The translations under genes and the position numbers were made by a program. From contig OZ242220.1 in assembly GCA_965206745.1 (NCBI GenBank), positions 1,024,001 to 1,088,000 on the forward strand: a DNA stretch of 64,000 bases, read 5' to 3'. Each line of letters starts with the position of its first letter. Position 1 is the first letter of the stretch. This document shows, piece after piece, positions 49,549-58,821 of the stretch. Under the pieces are notes generated by a model. The model did no database searches, had not been told where the DNA came from, and saw only the letters and a program-made list of their open reading frames with translations. The DNA is from Nitrosopumilus sp. (GTDB lineage Archaea; Thermoproteota; Nitrososphaeria; Nitrososphaerales; Nitrosopumilaceae).

Positions 49549-49958
49549 ACGCTTCCAGGACCCTTAAGAAGCATGTTTTCACATTCTTTGCAGACCTGCT
49601 CATCAATGTTGGACTCTAAATTGTGATGTATCTCACAGATTAACAGACTTGATTTGATATAGTTGCAAAGTCCGATAAACTTTGAAAGGTTTGATGGGGT
49701 ATATGCCATGTCTGAGGAAAGACTATCACTTAATTCTTCAATCATTGTTGCAACTTGCTTTTCTGCCAAAAGTTTTGCAATCAGGGAAGGATCACCTCTG
49801 GTGCCTCGAATGTAGTTGCTGATTGCAGCTTGGGTAACTCCGAGCATTTTTGAAATCTCGTCTTCTCTGATATTATGATCTTCTGCAAGTTTTTTGGCAA
49901 GGATTGCCCGTAATGCAGGAATCAGGGTTTTGGACTCTATTTCAGCAGGAAGTAGCAT
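49542..49958 (-). CDS. HTH transcriptional regulator (archaeal LPAE...TQAAISNY..G.RG family)
   Basis: EISKMLGVTQAAISNYIRGTRG; C-terminal CEIH...CKEC. Confidence 0.85.
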   Translation of the reverse strand: MLLPAEIESKTLIPALRAILAKKLAEDHNIREDEISKMLGVTQAAISNYIRGTRGDPSLIAKLLAEKQVATMIEELSDSLSSDMAYTPSNLSKFIGLCNYIKSSLLICEIHHNLESNIDEQVCKECENMLLKGPGSVY

Positions 49959-49991
49959 TATTCCTCAAGAGTCAAATTAAGGATTTAAATC

Positions 49992-51011
49992 TTGCAATCA
50001 AACGGCACACATTCATTCAGCCTCATCAGGCATATCTATTTTAATTTCAAGATAACATCCAATACATTGGAAGAATTTTCTCAAAATCTTTACAGAGCTT
50101 TAGAGGATTCGTGCAACCAATGCAGATCAGATCTGATTTCATTGTCAGGCGGATTGGACAGTACCATCATTGCATATTTTCTGAAATCAAGAAAGCCCAA
50201 AACTGTGGCAGTAATTGCAGAGGATTTTGTTTCAACCGATCTCACATATTGCCAAATGGCATCAAAGGAGATGCAACTACCATTGACAATTTACAGTGCC
50301 AGTACAGAGCAGATTCTAGAGGCAGTCGAGGAGACGATAAGAATCTTGAAAAATTTCAACGACATTGAAATTCGCAACAACGTTGTAATGTATTTGGCAA
50401 TAAGATGGGCAAAGGAAAGGGGGGAGAAATCAATCATCACAGGTGACGGTGCAGATGAGTTGTTTGCAGGGTATAGTTTCCTCATAAACAAATCAGAAGA
50501 AGAGTTGGAAAGAGAGATTAAAAGAATATGCTCGATAATGCATTTTCCGACACAGGCAATAGGCAAAGCATTGGGAATCGGCATAGAGTCGCCTTTTCTA
50601 AGTGACACGGTGATGCAGATGGCTAAAAAAATTCCAGTTAATCTCAAGGTCAGAGAAGAGGACGGGAAGAGGCAGGGCAAGTGGATATTACGCAAGACAT
50701 TTGAAAAAAGCATACCACGGCAAATCGCATGGAGGGGAAAATCACCAATGCAGGAGGGCTCTGGTACTGCAGGATTGACGGATCTCTTTGAGTCCATAGT
50801 GGACAAGGAGATGTTTGCCAAGAAGAGATTGGCGGTTAAAGAAGATGACGGCGTAGTGATTAGAACCAGAGAATCAATGTATTACTATGAGATTTTTAAA
50901 AAATTCCATGGGACACCAGTTGATTCCAAGTCAGATCAAGTGTGCCCATATTGCAAACACCGTGTGGGAGGATCGAAATTTTGTAGGATGTGTGGGGCGT
51001 TCCCAATCTAG
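49992..51011 (+). CDS. asparagine synthase C-terminal-domain protein with Zn ribbon
   Basis: SLSGGLDS, TGDGADELFAGY, KWILR; C-terminal CPYC..FCRMC; true start probably near 50068. Confidence 0.8.
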   Translation: MQSNGTHSFSLIRHIYFNFKITSNTLEEFSQNLYRALEDSCNQCRSDLISLSGGLDSTIIAYFLKSRKPKTVAVIAEDFVSTDLTYCQMASKEMQLPLTIYSASTEQILEAVEETIRILKNFNDIEIRNNVVMYLAIRWAKERGEKSIITGDGADELFAGYSFLINKSEEELEREIKRICSIMHFPTQAIGKALGIGIESPFLSDTVMQMAKKIPVNLKVREEDGKRQGKWILRKTFEKSIPRQIAWRGKSPMQEGSGTAGLTDLFESIVDKEMFAKKRLAVKEDDGVVIRTRESMYYYEIFKKFHGTPVDSKSDQVCPYCKHRVGGSKFCRMCGAFPI

Positions 51012-51154
51012 ATATTTTTTTTGTATTTTCTGGGTTTTTTCAGAAAGATTCGTCTGCACCCCGAACAGCAAAAATAGATTTTTTTCCCATCATGATCATG
51101 AAGTAATGCTAATTCCTCATCTAGCTCTATTCCACATACAGGATCCACTGGCAC
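51008..51154 (-). CDS. YHS/TRASH-domain microprotein (48 aa)
   Basis: Manual translation MPVDPVCGIELDEELALLHDHDGKKIYFCCSGCRRIFLKKPRKY; not in the ORF track. Confidence 0.8.
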   Translation of the reverse strand: MPVDPVCGIELDEELALLHDHDGKKIYFCCSGCRRIFLKKPRKYKKNI

Positions 51155-51471
51155 ATGTTTTCCACTCCCAAATTCAATTTATAGTTTCATCTATTCAAAG
51201 TCAATATCAGGTAGGTCAGGGCAGTACACACATACGTTTGTGGAATTTGGGATTCAACCCATAGAGATGCATCAGATACAATCTTTACAATGCACTCAAT
51301 ATCAGGGGTCAAGTCTTCATCGCATCCATGCATTGAATTTTACACAAAGGATTCCAGCTTTTTGATTTAGGCACTGCTAGAAATCAAGATCAAACCTTCC
51401 ACCCAAGAACCATCAGGCAAAACGAACACAGTCAAGATCGCAAAGTTTCAAAGATACAGGCCAGGTTAAAT

Positions 51472-51837
51472 TTACGACTGGATTATTTCAATGATTTTTT
51501 TGGGCAACGAGTCATAATCAATATCGGGTTCAGATACAACATACAAAATATCATCATTGATTATTACGCTAATTGCAAGGGCACGTTGACGGGAGGCCAT
51601 TGCAAAATTTACAGGGCCCAATTGTTTGTCAAACTCCTTTCTCATCTTAACACGCAAGGCAATCTCCATGAAAAGCATTTCGTCATCCTTTTCATTCTCT
51701 AGTGGTTCAACGTTTTCTTTCATTCCGCCGGCAACCAATCTGCCACGTTCATTGATTACCCCAGCAAACCGAATCTTAGGATCAATTGTAAATACAGAGT
51801 TGCAGATCTTTGCATAATCATAAATTTTTGAGGACAA
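51472..51837 (-). CDS. roadblock-like thaumarchaeal protein (DUF6659-like)
   Basis: IRFAGVINERGRLVAGG...R.EFD..LG. Confidence 0.7.
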   Translation of the reverse strand: MSSKIYDYAKICNSVFTIDPKIRFAGVINERGRLVAGGMKENVEPLENEKDDEMLFMEIALRVKMRKEFDKQLGPVNFAMASRQRALAISVIINDDILYVVSEPDIDYDSLPKKIIEIIQS

Positions 51838-51898
51838 ATTACTACAACTCTAAATGACACTCATTTATTACCTTATACGGAATTTTATGGCTGATGAT

Positions 51899-52999
51899 CT
51901 ATGAGGTTAATTTCTTGACCAATTCAAGAAATTCAGCCTCAGACATTGAAGGAATTTTCAAGATTTCGAGATTTTCCAATACGTGCTGTTCAGACTTTTG
52001 CCCAATCAGCGGCGCTAGAACTCCGGGTGATGAGCGGATAAATTGCAAGGCACGCAAAGACGGTTTTAATTCATCAAATTCAGGCATGACCCCAGGTGCA
52101 AGTAATCGCCCCTGCATGAAGGGTACGCTGGTAAACACGCCGATGCCCAGCCTAACTGCAGATTCCAAGACGGACACAGACTCATTTCCAAGTCGCTGGT
52201 TTTTTGCAAGCAAGGCCTGATCATAGCTCATGTTGTATGGCAATTGAATAAATCGAAATCCGTGATCTTCCCCTCCGACCTCTTTTGCCAAATTAACAGT
52301 GTCCTCCAATGAGAGATACTGGGGATTGTCAGGTGGGACTCTAAAACATTCCCATGTTGCCATTCCGTAAAATTTGATCTTTCCTTCATTTCGCTTTTGC
52401 TCATATAACTCAAAGACAGACTTTAGATTTTCCAAGAATCTTTCTCTAGGGACATCCTTGATCTGCCCTTCCACTGCATTGTGCAGGTACATCAAATCAA
52501 GGCATTGGATTCCCAGGTTCTTCAGACTCCTATCTAATTGATCAGAAAGGTATGGAACAGTCATGCAGTGATAACCAGAAGTGACATCCCCTTCCTCGAT
52601 AACTCCCTTTTGAGAGTATTCGTCTTTGACATATTCCCAAAAACCTAGCTGGACATCAGCATCATTTGTGAGATAGCCGTTCTTGGAGCTGATGAAAACC
52701 TGATCACGTGTAATTTTGCCATCATCGATTAATTCTGAGATTGCCTTTCCAACTGAGCGTTCAGCCTTTTGAGATCTATAATTAATTGCAGTGTCAATTA
52801 CGTTTATTCCAGATAGGACAGACTGCTTGACGGCATTTGTGACTAACTCATCAGTCTTGGCATCTGCATCTCCAAGATATGTCCCAATGCCGACATTTGA
52901 AAGCAAAAGGTTTTCAAATTTTTTAAAATTGGCCTCCTTTACGCCTGAATTGGCGGCAAATTTTCGGGTTCCCTCAGATGTGGCATGCCCAGAAATCAT
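51899..52999 (-). CDS. aldo/keto reductase
   Basis: GIGTY, IDTAINY, SKNG, LDLMYLHN, IQLPYN. Confidence 0.9.
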   Translation of the reverse strand: MISGHATSEGTRKFAANSGVKEANFKKFENLLLSNVGIGTYLGDADAKTDELVTNAVKQSVLSGINVIDTAINYRSQKAERSVGKAISELIDDGKITRDQVFISSKNGYLTNDADVQLGFWEYVKDEYSQKGVIEEGDVTSGYHCMTVPYLSDQLDRSLKNLGIQCLDLMYLHNAVEGQIKDVPRERFLENLKSVFELYEQKRNEGKIKFYGMATWECFRVPPDNPQYLSLEDTVNLAKEVGGEDHGFRFIQLPYNMSYDQALLAKNQRLGNESVSVLESAVRLGIGVFTSVPFMQGRLLAPGVMPEFDELKPSLRALQFIRSSPGVLAPLIGQKSEQHVLENLEILKIPSMSEAEFLELVKKLTS

Positions 53000-53028
53000 A
53001 TCGATGGTAGGTATTTGCCAAATTTATG

Positions 53029-53934
53029 TTAAAGTATCAGCCCAACTAAAAACCCCACAACAAGCAATGCACCAGTAATCCGGCTAAACATCAGCGTGGA
53101 TGACATGTATGGGAGAAGGTCATCGACAGAATCATAATTTCTCTGCAACCCCAAACCGGACTTTATCATCAAAGGCAAGCTGAGGAAAACAATCAGCAGA
53201 TATGCCGGAAACAGATTGGCAAAGACGCCAATGAGAATGGCCAAGTAGGATATCATTGGAAAGATCCAGAACAATTTAGCGGCTTTTTCTTTTCCAGCCA
53301 CGATGACCAGAGTCCTTCTTCCTCCAGATTTGTCTGCATCATGATCAGGAAAAGATGCGATAAAGAGCACCAATGAGGACAGGGAGCCTACTGCAATTCC
53401 TGCAAGAATTGATTCGACGGAGATTTGCCCAGACTGTATAAAATATGTCCCAATTACAATCATAGAGCCCTTTACTGCGACAAAAAACTCACCCAAACCA
53501 GAATCGACAATTTTTGTAGAATAAAAATAAATGGACAAAATTGCAAATCCCAAAATGACTGCAATGGTAATCCCGTCAGTGATTACAAAGTATCCCCCAA
53601 TGACAGTTCCAAGGATCAAAAATGCGACACCGGCGCGATACACGGAGGATGGTTTGAGCAAACCTTCTGGCAGTACACCAGTACCGCCACTCATTTTTGT
53701 TCTGGTCGTACTAGCATCAATACCTCGTTTGAAATCCCAGAAATCGTTTAGTAAATCTACACTTGCATGAAGTGCCATTACGCCTGCAAAAGTTAAGAGC
53801 ATTTCAAATATCTCCAAGGAGGAATTTTGCCACCAGTTAAGAGCTAAACCTGCAGAGACAGCAATGACAGACGCAAGAAGGAATCTCACCCTAATGACCC
53901 TAAACCAGACAGCAAGCATTGAAGATAGTGTCAA
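53029..53934 (-). CDS. menA: UbiA/MenA-family prenyltransferase (DHNA polyprenyltransferase-like)
   Basis: NDFWDFKRGID, GLGE, PDHDAD..GRRTL; multiple transmembrane segments. Confidence 0.8.
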   Translation of the reverse strand: MTLSSMLAVWFRVIRVRFLLASVIAVSAGLALNWWQNSSLEIFEMLLTFAGVMALHASVDLLNDFWDFKRGIDASTTRTKMSGGTGVLPEGLLKPSSVYRAGVAFLILGTVIGGYFVITDGITIAVILGFAILSIYFYSTKIVDSGLGEFFVAVKGSMIVIGTYFIQSGQISVESILAGIAVGSLSSLVLFIASFPDHDADKSGGRRTLVIVAGKEKAAKLFWIFPMISYLAILIGVFANLFPAYLLIVFLSLPLMIKSGLGLQRNYDSVDDLLPYMSSTLMFSRITGALLVVGFLVGLIL

Positions 53935-54038
53935 TTTGTCAGTATAATATTCATCAGTTTTAGATCGAACCTACTGTTTATATCAAAATCAGGAAGAACA
54001 TTCTTGTGATAATAGGAAAAACATCAAAGGGTGAAAAG

Positions 54039-54215
54039 ATGATAAAATTCGAGGCCCAGATACATTGCAATGGTTGCAAGAGACAAGTCCCAGGAGGGCT
54101 AAAGACGGGGGAGGGATACTATCAGAGTGATGAGTTTGAGAGGGAGTTTGAGGAATTTAGGAAAAACTATCTTTGTGGAATTTGCAGGGATGCAAAAAGA
54201 GTGGAAAGAAATTAG
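54039..54215 (+). CDS. small CxxC...CxxC protein
   Basis: HCNGCK...LCGIC; probable ATG MIKFEAQ. Confidence 0.6.
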   Translation: MIKFEAQIHCNGCKRQVPGGLKTGEGYYQSDEFEREFEEFRKNYLCGICRDAKRVERN

Positions 54216-54296
54216 GGTTTCTCACTTTACCATGTTTGTAAATTTGGAAAATGATTCACCATGTTGTTTATCGGCATAGTGGTAAAGCAGACATGA

Positions 54297-54698
54297 TTAA
54301 ATTAAAGAGTCATCGCTTACTTGGATTGGTTTTCTGCCCATAAAACCGGAGTCCTTCTCATGCCAAAATTTTATCTCAGTTTCACCATATTTCCAGCAAA
54401 GCCATACCTCCTCATCAAATCTTTTTGAGGGAAAATCAAGCAATCCCTGCTCGATGTTTTTGACAACCACGCCTGTATCCTCCAAGGTTTCCACAGATTC
54501 ATAGAACTTTGTTATTGCAGAATTTAGCTTTTGCTTTATATTCACATATGATTCAAAGGAGTTTGTAGCAGACATGCTAATTTGTAGTTCCTGCTCTATT
54601 TTCTTTACTTCAATATTTTTTGCCAGTGCATATTCAAATTTTTTTATCACGTCAGGCAAAGCACGATTTGCTTCATTTGCAGTAAAAAAGGAGAACAT
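54297..54698 (-). CDS. DUF2203 family protein
   Basis: FT..EAN..LP, GLLDFP, LCWKYGE..I.FWH...GF.GRKP. Confidence 0.88.
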   Translation of the reverse strand: MFSFFTANEANRALPDVIKKFEYALAKNIEVKKIEQELQISMSATNSFESYVNIKQKLNSAITKFYESVETLEDTGVVVKNIEQGLLDFPSKRFDEEVWLCWKYGETEIKFWHEKDSGFMGRKPIQVSDDSLI

Positions 54699-54769
54699 GT
54701 ATTTTCATACGAGGCAGGGATTAAAAATCTTAGGTGCAGATTTATTAAGAAATAATACAGCAGGTATTC

Positions 54770-55048
54770 ATGAGTGAGGACCAACTGGAGGCATTAATTA
54801 TTCAAGTGATTAACGGGGCAGTCACCACGATTCCATCATATTTGGAGGAGATCAAAGAGAACAAAAAAGTGTTAAAAGTCGAGGATCCGCAAGAGTTTGT
54901 TTATGGGATAGTGATGGGGATGGCACTTGGGATGGGAGGAGCGATTCTAAGCGCTCAAAAAGAGATGCCAACTGAGGAGGATCAGATGAGGATCAGGGAT
55001 ATAGTATACAAGCACATTCCAGAAATAAGAGAACGAATTTTTAGTTGA
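54770..55048 (+). CDS. hypothetical protein
   Basis: 92-aa ORF with a central hydrophobic Gly-rich helix. Confidence 0.65.
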   Translation: MSEDQLEALIIQVINGAVTTIPSYLEEIKENKKVLKVEDPQEFVYGIVMGMALGMGGAILSAQKEMPTEEDQMRIRDIVYKHIPEIRERIFS

Positions 55049-55443
55049 TTGAATTTAACGAGTCAGAAAAAGAGTTTCTAGGCAAACTAGAAGAGGCAAG
55101 GATAGCTACATCTCATGACAATATCCCACATGTAAAGCCCGTATCGTTTATTTTTATGGATAACTCAATCATCGTGGCAACTGACTACAAAACTCGGACT
55201 TTTAGCAACATCAGATCAAATTCCAAAGTAGGAATCGTAATTGATATTTACAAACACGGGGGTCACAAAGCAATATGCATTCAAGGAGAAGCAAAGACCA
55301 TCGAGGAGGGGGCAGAGTTTAAAAAACTGTATGATGTTTTTTATGAAAAATTTGCATGGGTGAGAAGAGAACCATGGAAAGAGAAGGAGGCGCCATTTTT
55401 GAAGATCATGCCAAATAACAAAACAAGTTGGGGGCTATCCTAG
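55045..55443 (+). CDS. pyridoxamine 5'-phosphate oxidase-like (split barrel, flavin/F420-binding) protein
   Basis: ARIAT...PHVKPVSF...NI..N.KV. Confidence 0.82.
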   Translation: MIEFNESEKEFLGKLEEARIATSHDNIPHVKPVSFIFMDNSIIVATDYKTRTFSNIRSNSKVGIVIDIYKHGGHKAICIQGEAKTIEEGAEFKKLYDVFYEKFAWVRREPWKEKEAPFLKIMPNNKTSWGLS

Positions 55444-55845
55444 CAACCTGTTCAAGACAGATGTTTTTAGAGGGATCAGAATCATGTAGTCATTTGGGAA
55501 ACTGCATAGTCCTACCTGATGAGATGTGTTGTGATGTTTTTATTTATGGCAGTCACATTTGCAACTACTAGGGACACATCTGTGAGTCAAACAGTCATGA
55601 CAGCCCTTACTTCGGCCACTTTTTACTCTTAGTCGTTCCTTGTCCAATGTATCAATTTCTTGTATAGACACTATGAAATAAAGACATGTAATGGAGTGAA
55701 TGCAGGATTATGGCAGTAACTTGTCAATTACAAATTAGAACAAACTCTCAGGTTTATCTGTCAGGTTCAAATCCTCCTTGGTATTTGTGCCACCTCTACA
55801 TCAATCATAGAAAACTATATCATGATAAAAGATCCATGAAAAACT

Positions 55846-56121
55846 ATGAACAAGATAAAATGCTCTCACATACTAGTTGCAAAACAAAGTGAGGCACTAG
55901 TCATTCTAGAAAAGATCAAAAACAAGGAAAAGTTTGGAGCCCTAGCAAAAGAATTTTCAACAGATACAGGTAGTGGGAAAAAAGAAGGGAGTTTAGGATA
56001 TTTTACAAAAGGAATGATGGTAAAGCCATTTGAAGAGGCAGCATTTAAACTTCAAATCGGAGAAATCTCAGAGCCAGTCAAATCAGAATTCGGATATCAC
56101 ATCATCAAGAGATTGGGCTAA
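55846..56121 (+). CDS. parvulin-type peptidyl-prolyl isomerase
   Basis: CSHILV, F..LAKEFS, G.LGYF..G.MVKPFE, SEFGYHII. Confidence 0.93.
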   Translation: MNKIKCSHILVAKQSEALVILEKIKNKEKFGALAKEFSTDTGSGKKEGSLGYFTKGMMVKPFEEAAFKLQIGEISEPVKSEFGYHIIKRLG

Positions 56122-56354
56122 TCCACACTAAAGACTGATTTTTAAAAAAATCTCCAATCAATTTTTTGAATGATTTTCTCAGGTTCCGCTTTGATTTCCT
56201 TGCAAAGTCATTTCTCTTTTTGAAATAAATCTCACATTATTTGACTTGGCAACAATCCAGAATAAAACATAATCATTTAGAAGTTTGGTAATTTTAACAG
56301 ATTACAGACCAAAGGATGCACAACATTCTTTTCAGTCACAAGATATGCAGAATC

Positions 56355-56624
56355 ATGGTACTGGATGAAAAAGGTCTGGATGAGATTTTAGAGTATCTGG
56401 AAAAGTCAATTGGCAATCTGGCAAATGACGCGTTTGGGAATTTGGAACTGGGAGAAACCCAAAGAGTGGAAGATTTTCTTCAAAATCAATACGACATCAG
56501 ACTGGAAAATCTGCTATCTGCAAAAGATAGCAGCATACACCATCTAGAATCAGGCATGAAAAACAAGATAATTCAAAGAAAACGATCCGTTCTTGAAGAC
56601 ATTGACAAGCAATACAAAAATTAG
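56355..56624 (+). CDS. hypothetical protein
   Basis: ORF 56316..56624; probable start MVLDEKG. Confidence 0.6.
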   Translation: MVLDEKGLDEILEYLEKSIGNLANDAFGNLELGETQRVEDFLQNQYDIRLENLLSAKDSSIHHLESGMKNKIIQRKRSVLEDIDKQYKN

Positions 56625-58135
56625 ATAAACGCATCCATCCCGGATTTTTTAGATTCAGTTTCCTGATTTTGTTCTAAAACGTGCATCATTTTATTGCCCA
56701 TGGATTTTGCTGCAGTCATCTTTCTTTTTCCTATCCAATAGTATGTCTCATCAATGGTGTTTTTGGCAATTAACACCACAAGTTTACCAGTATCTTTTCT
56801 GCCGGTTCTGCCCCTTCGCTGAATAAACCTCACGGAGCTTGGAACGTTGTCATAGAAAATTACCTGGTTAACCTCTGCAATATCTAGGCCCTCCTCCCCA
56901 ACACGAGTGGCAACAAGTACCCTGAAAAGCCCGTCTCTAAAATTCTGCACTGTCTCAATCTGTTTCTTCTGCTTTAACCCAGCAGCACCTGCCTTTCCAA
57001 TCAAGATGCCTGCGGAGATTCCCAGTTCCGTGAGTTTATTGTAAATTAGATCAACTGAATCCCTATAGCTTGTAAAGATCAGTGCCTTGCCAGGAACTGA
57101 TTCGATGATTTCTTTGAGTTTGGGAATCTTTGAGTGTTCAATACCACGAGACTGGGCCTCGTTGGCAAGATGGATTGCCCTTGTAAAGTTTGGATCAGTC
57201 TCAAACAGGTCATTGCCTACGCCTTTTTTTGCTTTTGCACGTTCACAAAATTTTAAAAATGGAGTCACCCCATGGGCCTCCAAAATGTTCAAAGCATAGT
57301 GGATTCGAATCGCAGTGAACAGGGGCTTTGCAGAGCGCCGATTCTGATTCAGCACCAATTGTCTAATTCTAAGCAATGCAGAAAGAGACTGCTGTGAAGC
57401 CAGACGTATTCCGTTTTTTCGCAAAACAGCATATCGCTCATCTAATGCCAGCTTTAGTAATTTTTGAATCGCTTTTAATTCTGGCGGGAGTTCAACGTTG
57501 ATCCACACGGTGTTTGTCTCCTGGGTGTATGGTTTTACATCAGGACTGTCTTCAGTGCGCTCTGCAACGCTTGAAATCCTAAGTTTAGTCAGGATCTCAG
57601 TTGCTTTTTCCTTTTCACTGGGAAGTGTGGCAGTCATGCCAATAATTCTTGCAGGCAGATCCTCAAATCGCTGAGCTATTCCAGAGTATGCGTAATCACC
57701 CACTGTCCTGTGCACCTCATCAAATATTACAAGGCTGAATTGCTCGGGAGTCACTATTCCTCGAATCAGATCATTTCGTGCAATCTCGGGAGTTGCACAG
57801 ACAATACTGTTATTCCAAAGCTTGGTTCTCTTTGGAATTGGGTCCTCGCCTGTTATTAGAGATATGTCATCTAATGTGAGGTTGTTTTTCAAAAAATCAT
57901 AGTGTTGGTTTACCAACACTCTGGTGGGCGCTAAAAATAATATTCCGCCGGTTCCTTTTGAGAGATAATCCGATATCACATGTAATGCTACTGCGGTTTT
58001 TCCCAAACCCGTGGGCAGGACCACAATGCAGTTCTCCTCAATGGCCTGATTTGCCAGATTTATTTGGTAATCTCGTTTCTCTATCGAATTTTTTTTCACA
58101 TATTTTTTATCAACAAAATCAGTCATTGCACACAT
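56621..58135 (-). CDS. Hef/FANCM-like DEAH helicase (helicase part only)
   Basis: RDYQ, LPTGLGKT, DEVHR, TAT, VGEEGLDI, QRRGRTGR. Confidence 0.9.
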   Translation of the reverse strand: MCAMTDFVDKKYVKKNSIEKRDYQINLANQAIEENCIVVLPTGLGKTAVALHVISDYLSKGTGGILFLAPTRVLVNQHYDFLKNNLTLDDISLITGEDPIPKRTKLWNNSIVCATPEIARNDLIRGIVTPEQFSLVIFDEVHRTVGDYAYSGIAQRFEDLPARIIGMTATLPSEKEKATEILTKLRISSVAERTEDSPDVKPYTQETNTVWINVELPPELKAIQKLLKLALDERYAVLRKNGIRLASQQSLSALLRIRQLVLNQNRRSAKPLFTAIRIHYALNILEAHGVTPFLKFCERAKAKKGVGNDLFETDPNFTRAIHLANEAQSRGIEHSKIPKLKEIIESVPGKALIFTSYRDSVDLIYNKLTELGISAGILIGKAGAAGLKQKKQIETVQNFRDGLFRVLVATRVGEEGLDIAEVNQVIFYDNVPSSVRFIQRRGRTGRKDTGKLVVLIAKNTIDETYYWIGKRKMTAAKSMGNKMMHVLEQNQETESKKSGMDAFI

Positions 58136-58289
58136 AGAGAACGTAATTTATTGATTTTATGCTTTCGTATAGCAAAATACTGTGTCACAGTCACCCATCT
58201 TTCAAACATCATCAGCCATTTGAAATTATGATCGCATGAATAATCTCAGATAGCGTGATCCATATATTGAGCAGACAGACAGGATTCGT

Positions 58290-58817
58290 GTGAATGATAC
58301 TTTTGACAGGCCAGGTTGGGACGAGTATTTTATGCTTCAAGCAGAACTTGCCAAGCTTCGCTCAAACTGCATAACAAGAAAAGTGGGCGCAGTAATTGTC
58401 AGAAATCATCGACAGTTGGCAACGGGATATAATGGGACGCCGCCTGGAATCAAGAATTGTTTTGAAGGCGGATGCAAGAGATGCCAACTCCGAATGGATG
58501 GCAAAATTGAATCAGGTGAATTACTTGACAGATGCATGTGCAATCATGCAGAGGCTAACGCAATTATGCATTGTGCGATTTTAGGAATAGAGGCAGGAGT
58601 AGAGGGAGCAATACTATACACCACGTTTGTCCCGTGCCTGGAATGCACAAAGATGGCAATAACTATAGGCATTAGAAAATTTGTCTGTCTTGATACATAT
58701 CCGGAGACAGATTATGACTTGCTAAAAGAGGCAGGGGTTGAAGTGATGAGTTTGGATAAAAATAAAATTGCAAGATGGGCAAAAGAGTTGGTCAACAAGT
58801 ACGAAAATTCAGAGTGA
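58290..58817 (+). CDS. dCMP deaminase family protein
   Basis: WDEYFM, TGYNG, HAEANA, PCLEC. Confidence 0.92.
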   Translation: MNDTFDRPGWDEYFMLQAELAKLRSNCITRKVGAVIVRNHRQLATGYNGTPPGIKNCFEGGCKRCQLRMDGKIESGELLDRCMCNHAEANAIMHCAILGIEAGVEGAILYTTFVPCLECTKMAITIGIRKFVCLDTYPETDYDLLKEAGVEVMSLDKNKIARWAKELVNKYENSE

Positions 58818-58821
58818 GAAA

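Noticed and set aside
55760-55780. aggttcaaatcct resembling a tRNA T-arm
   Set aside because: No acceptor, D or anticodon arms can be built around it
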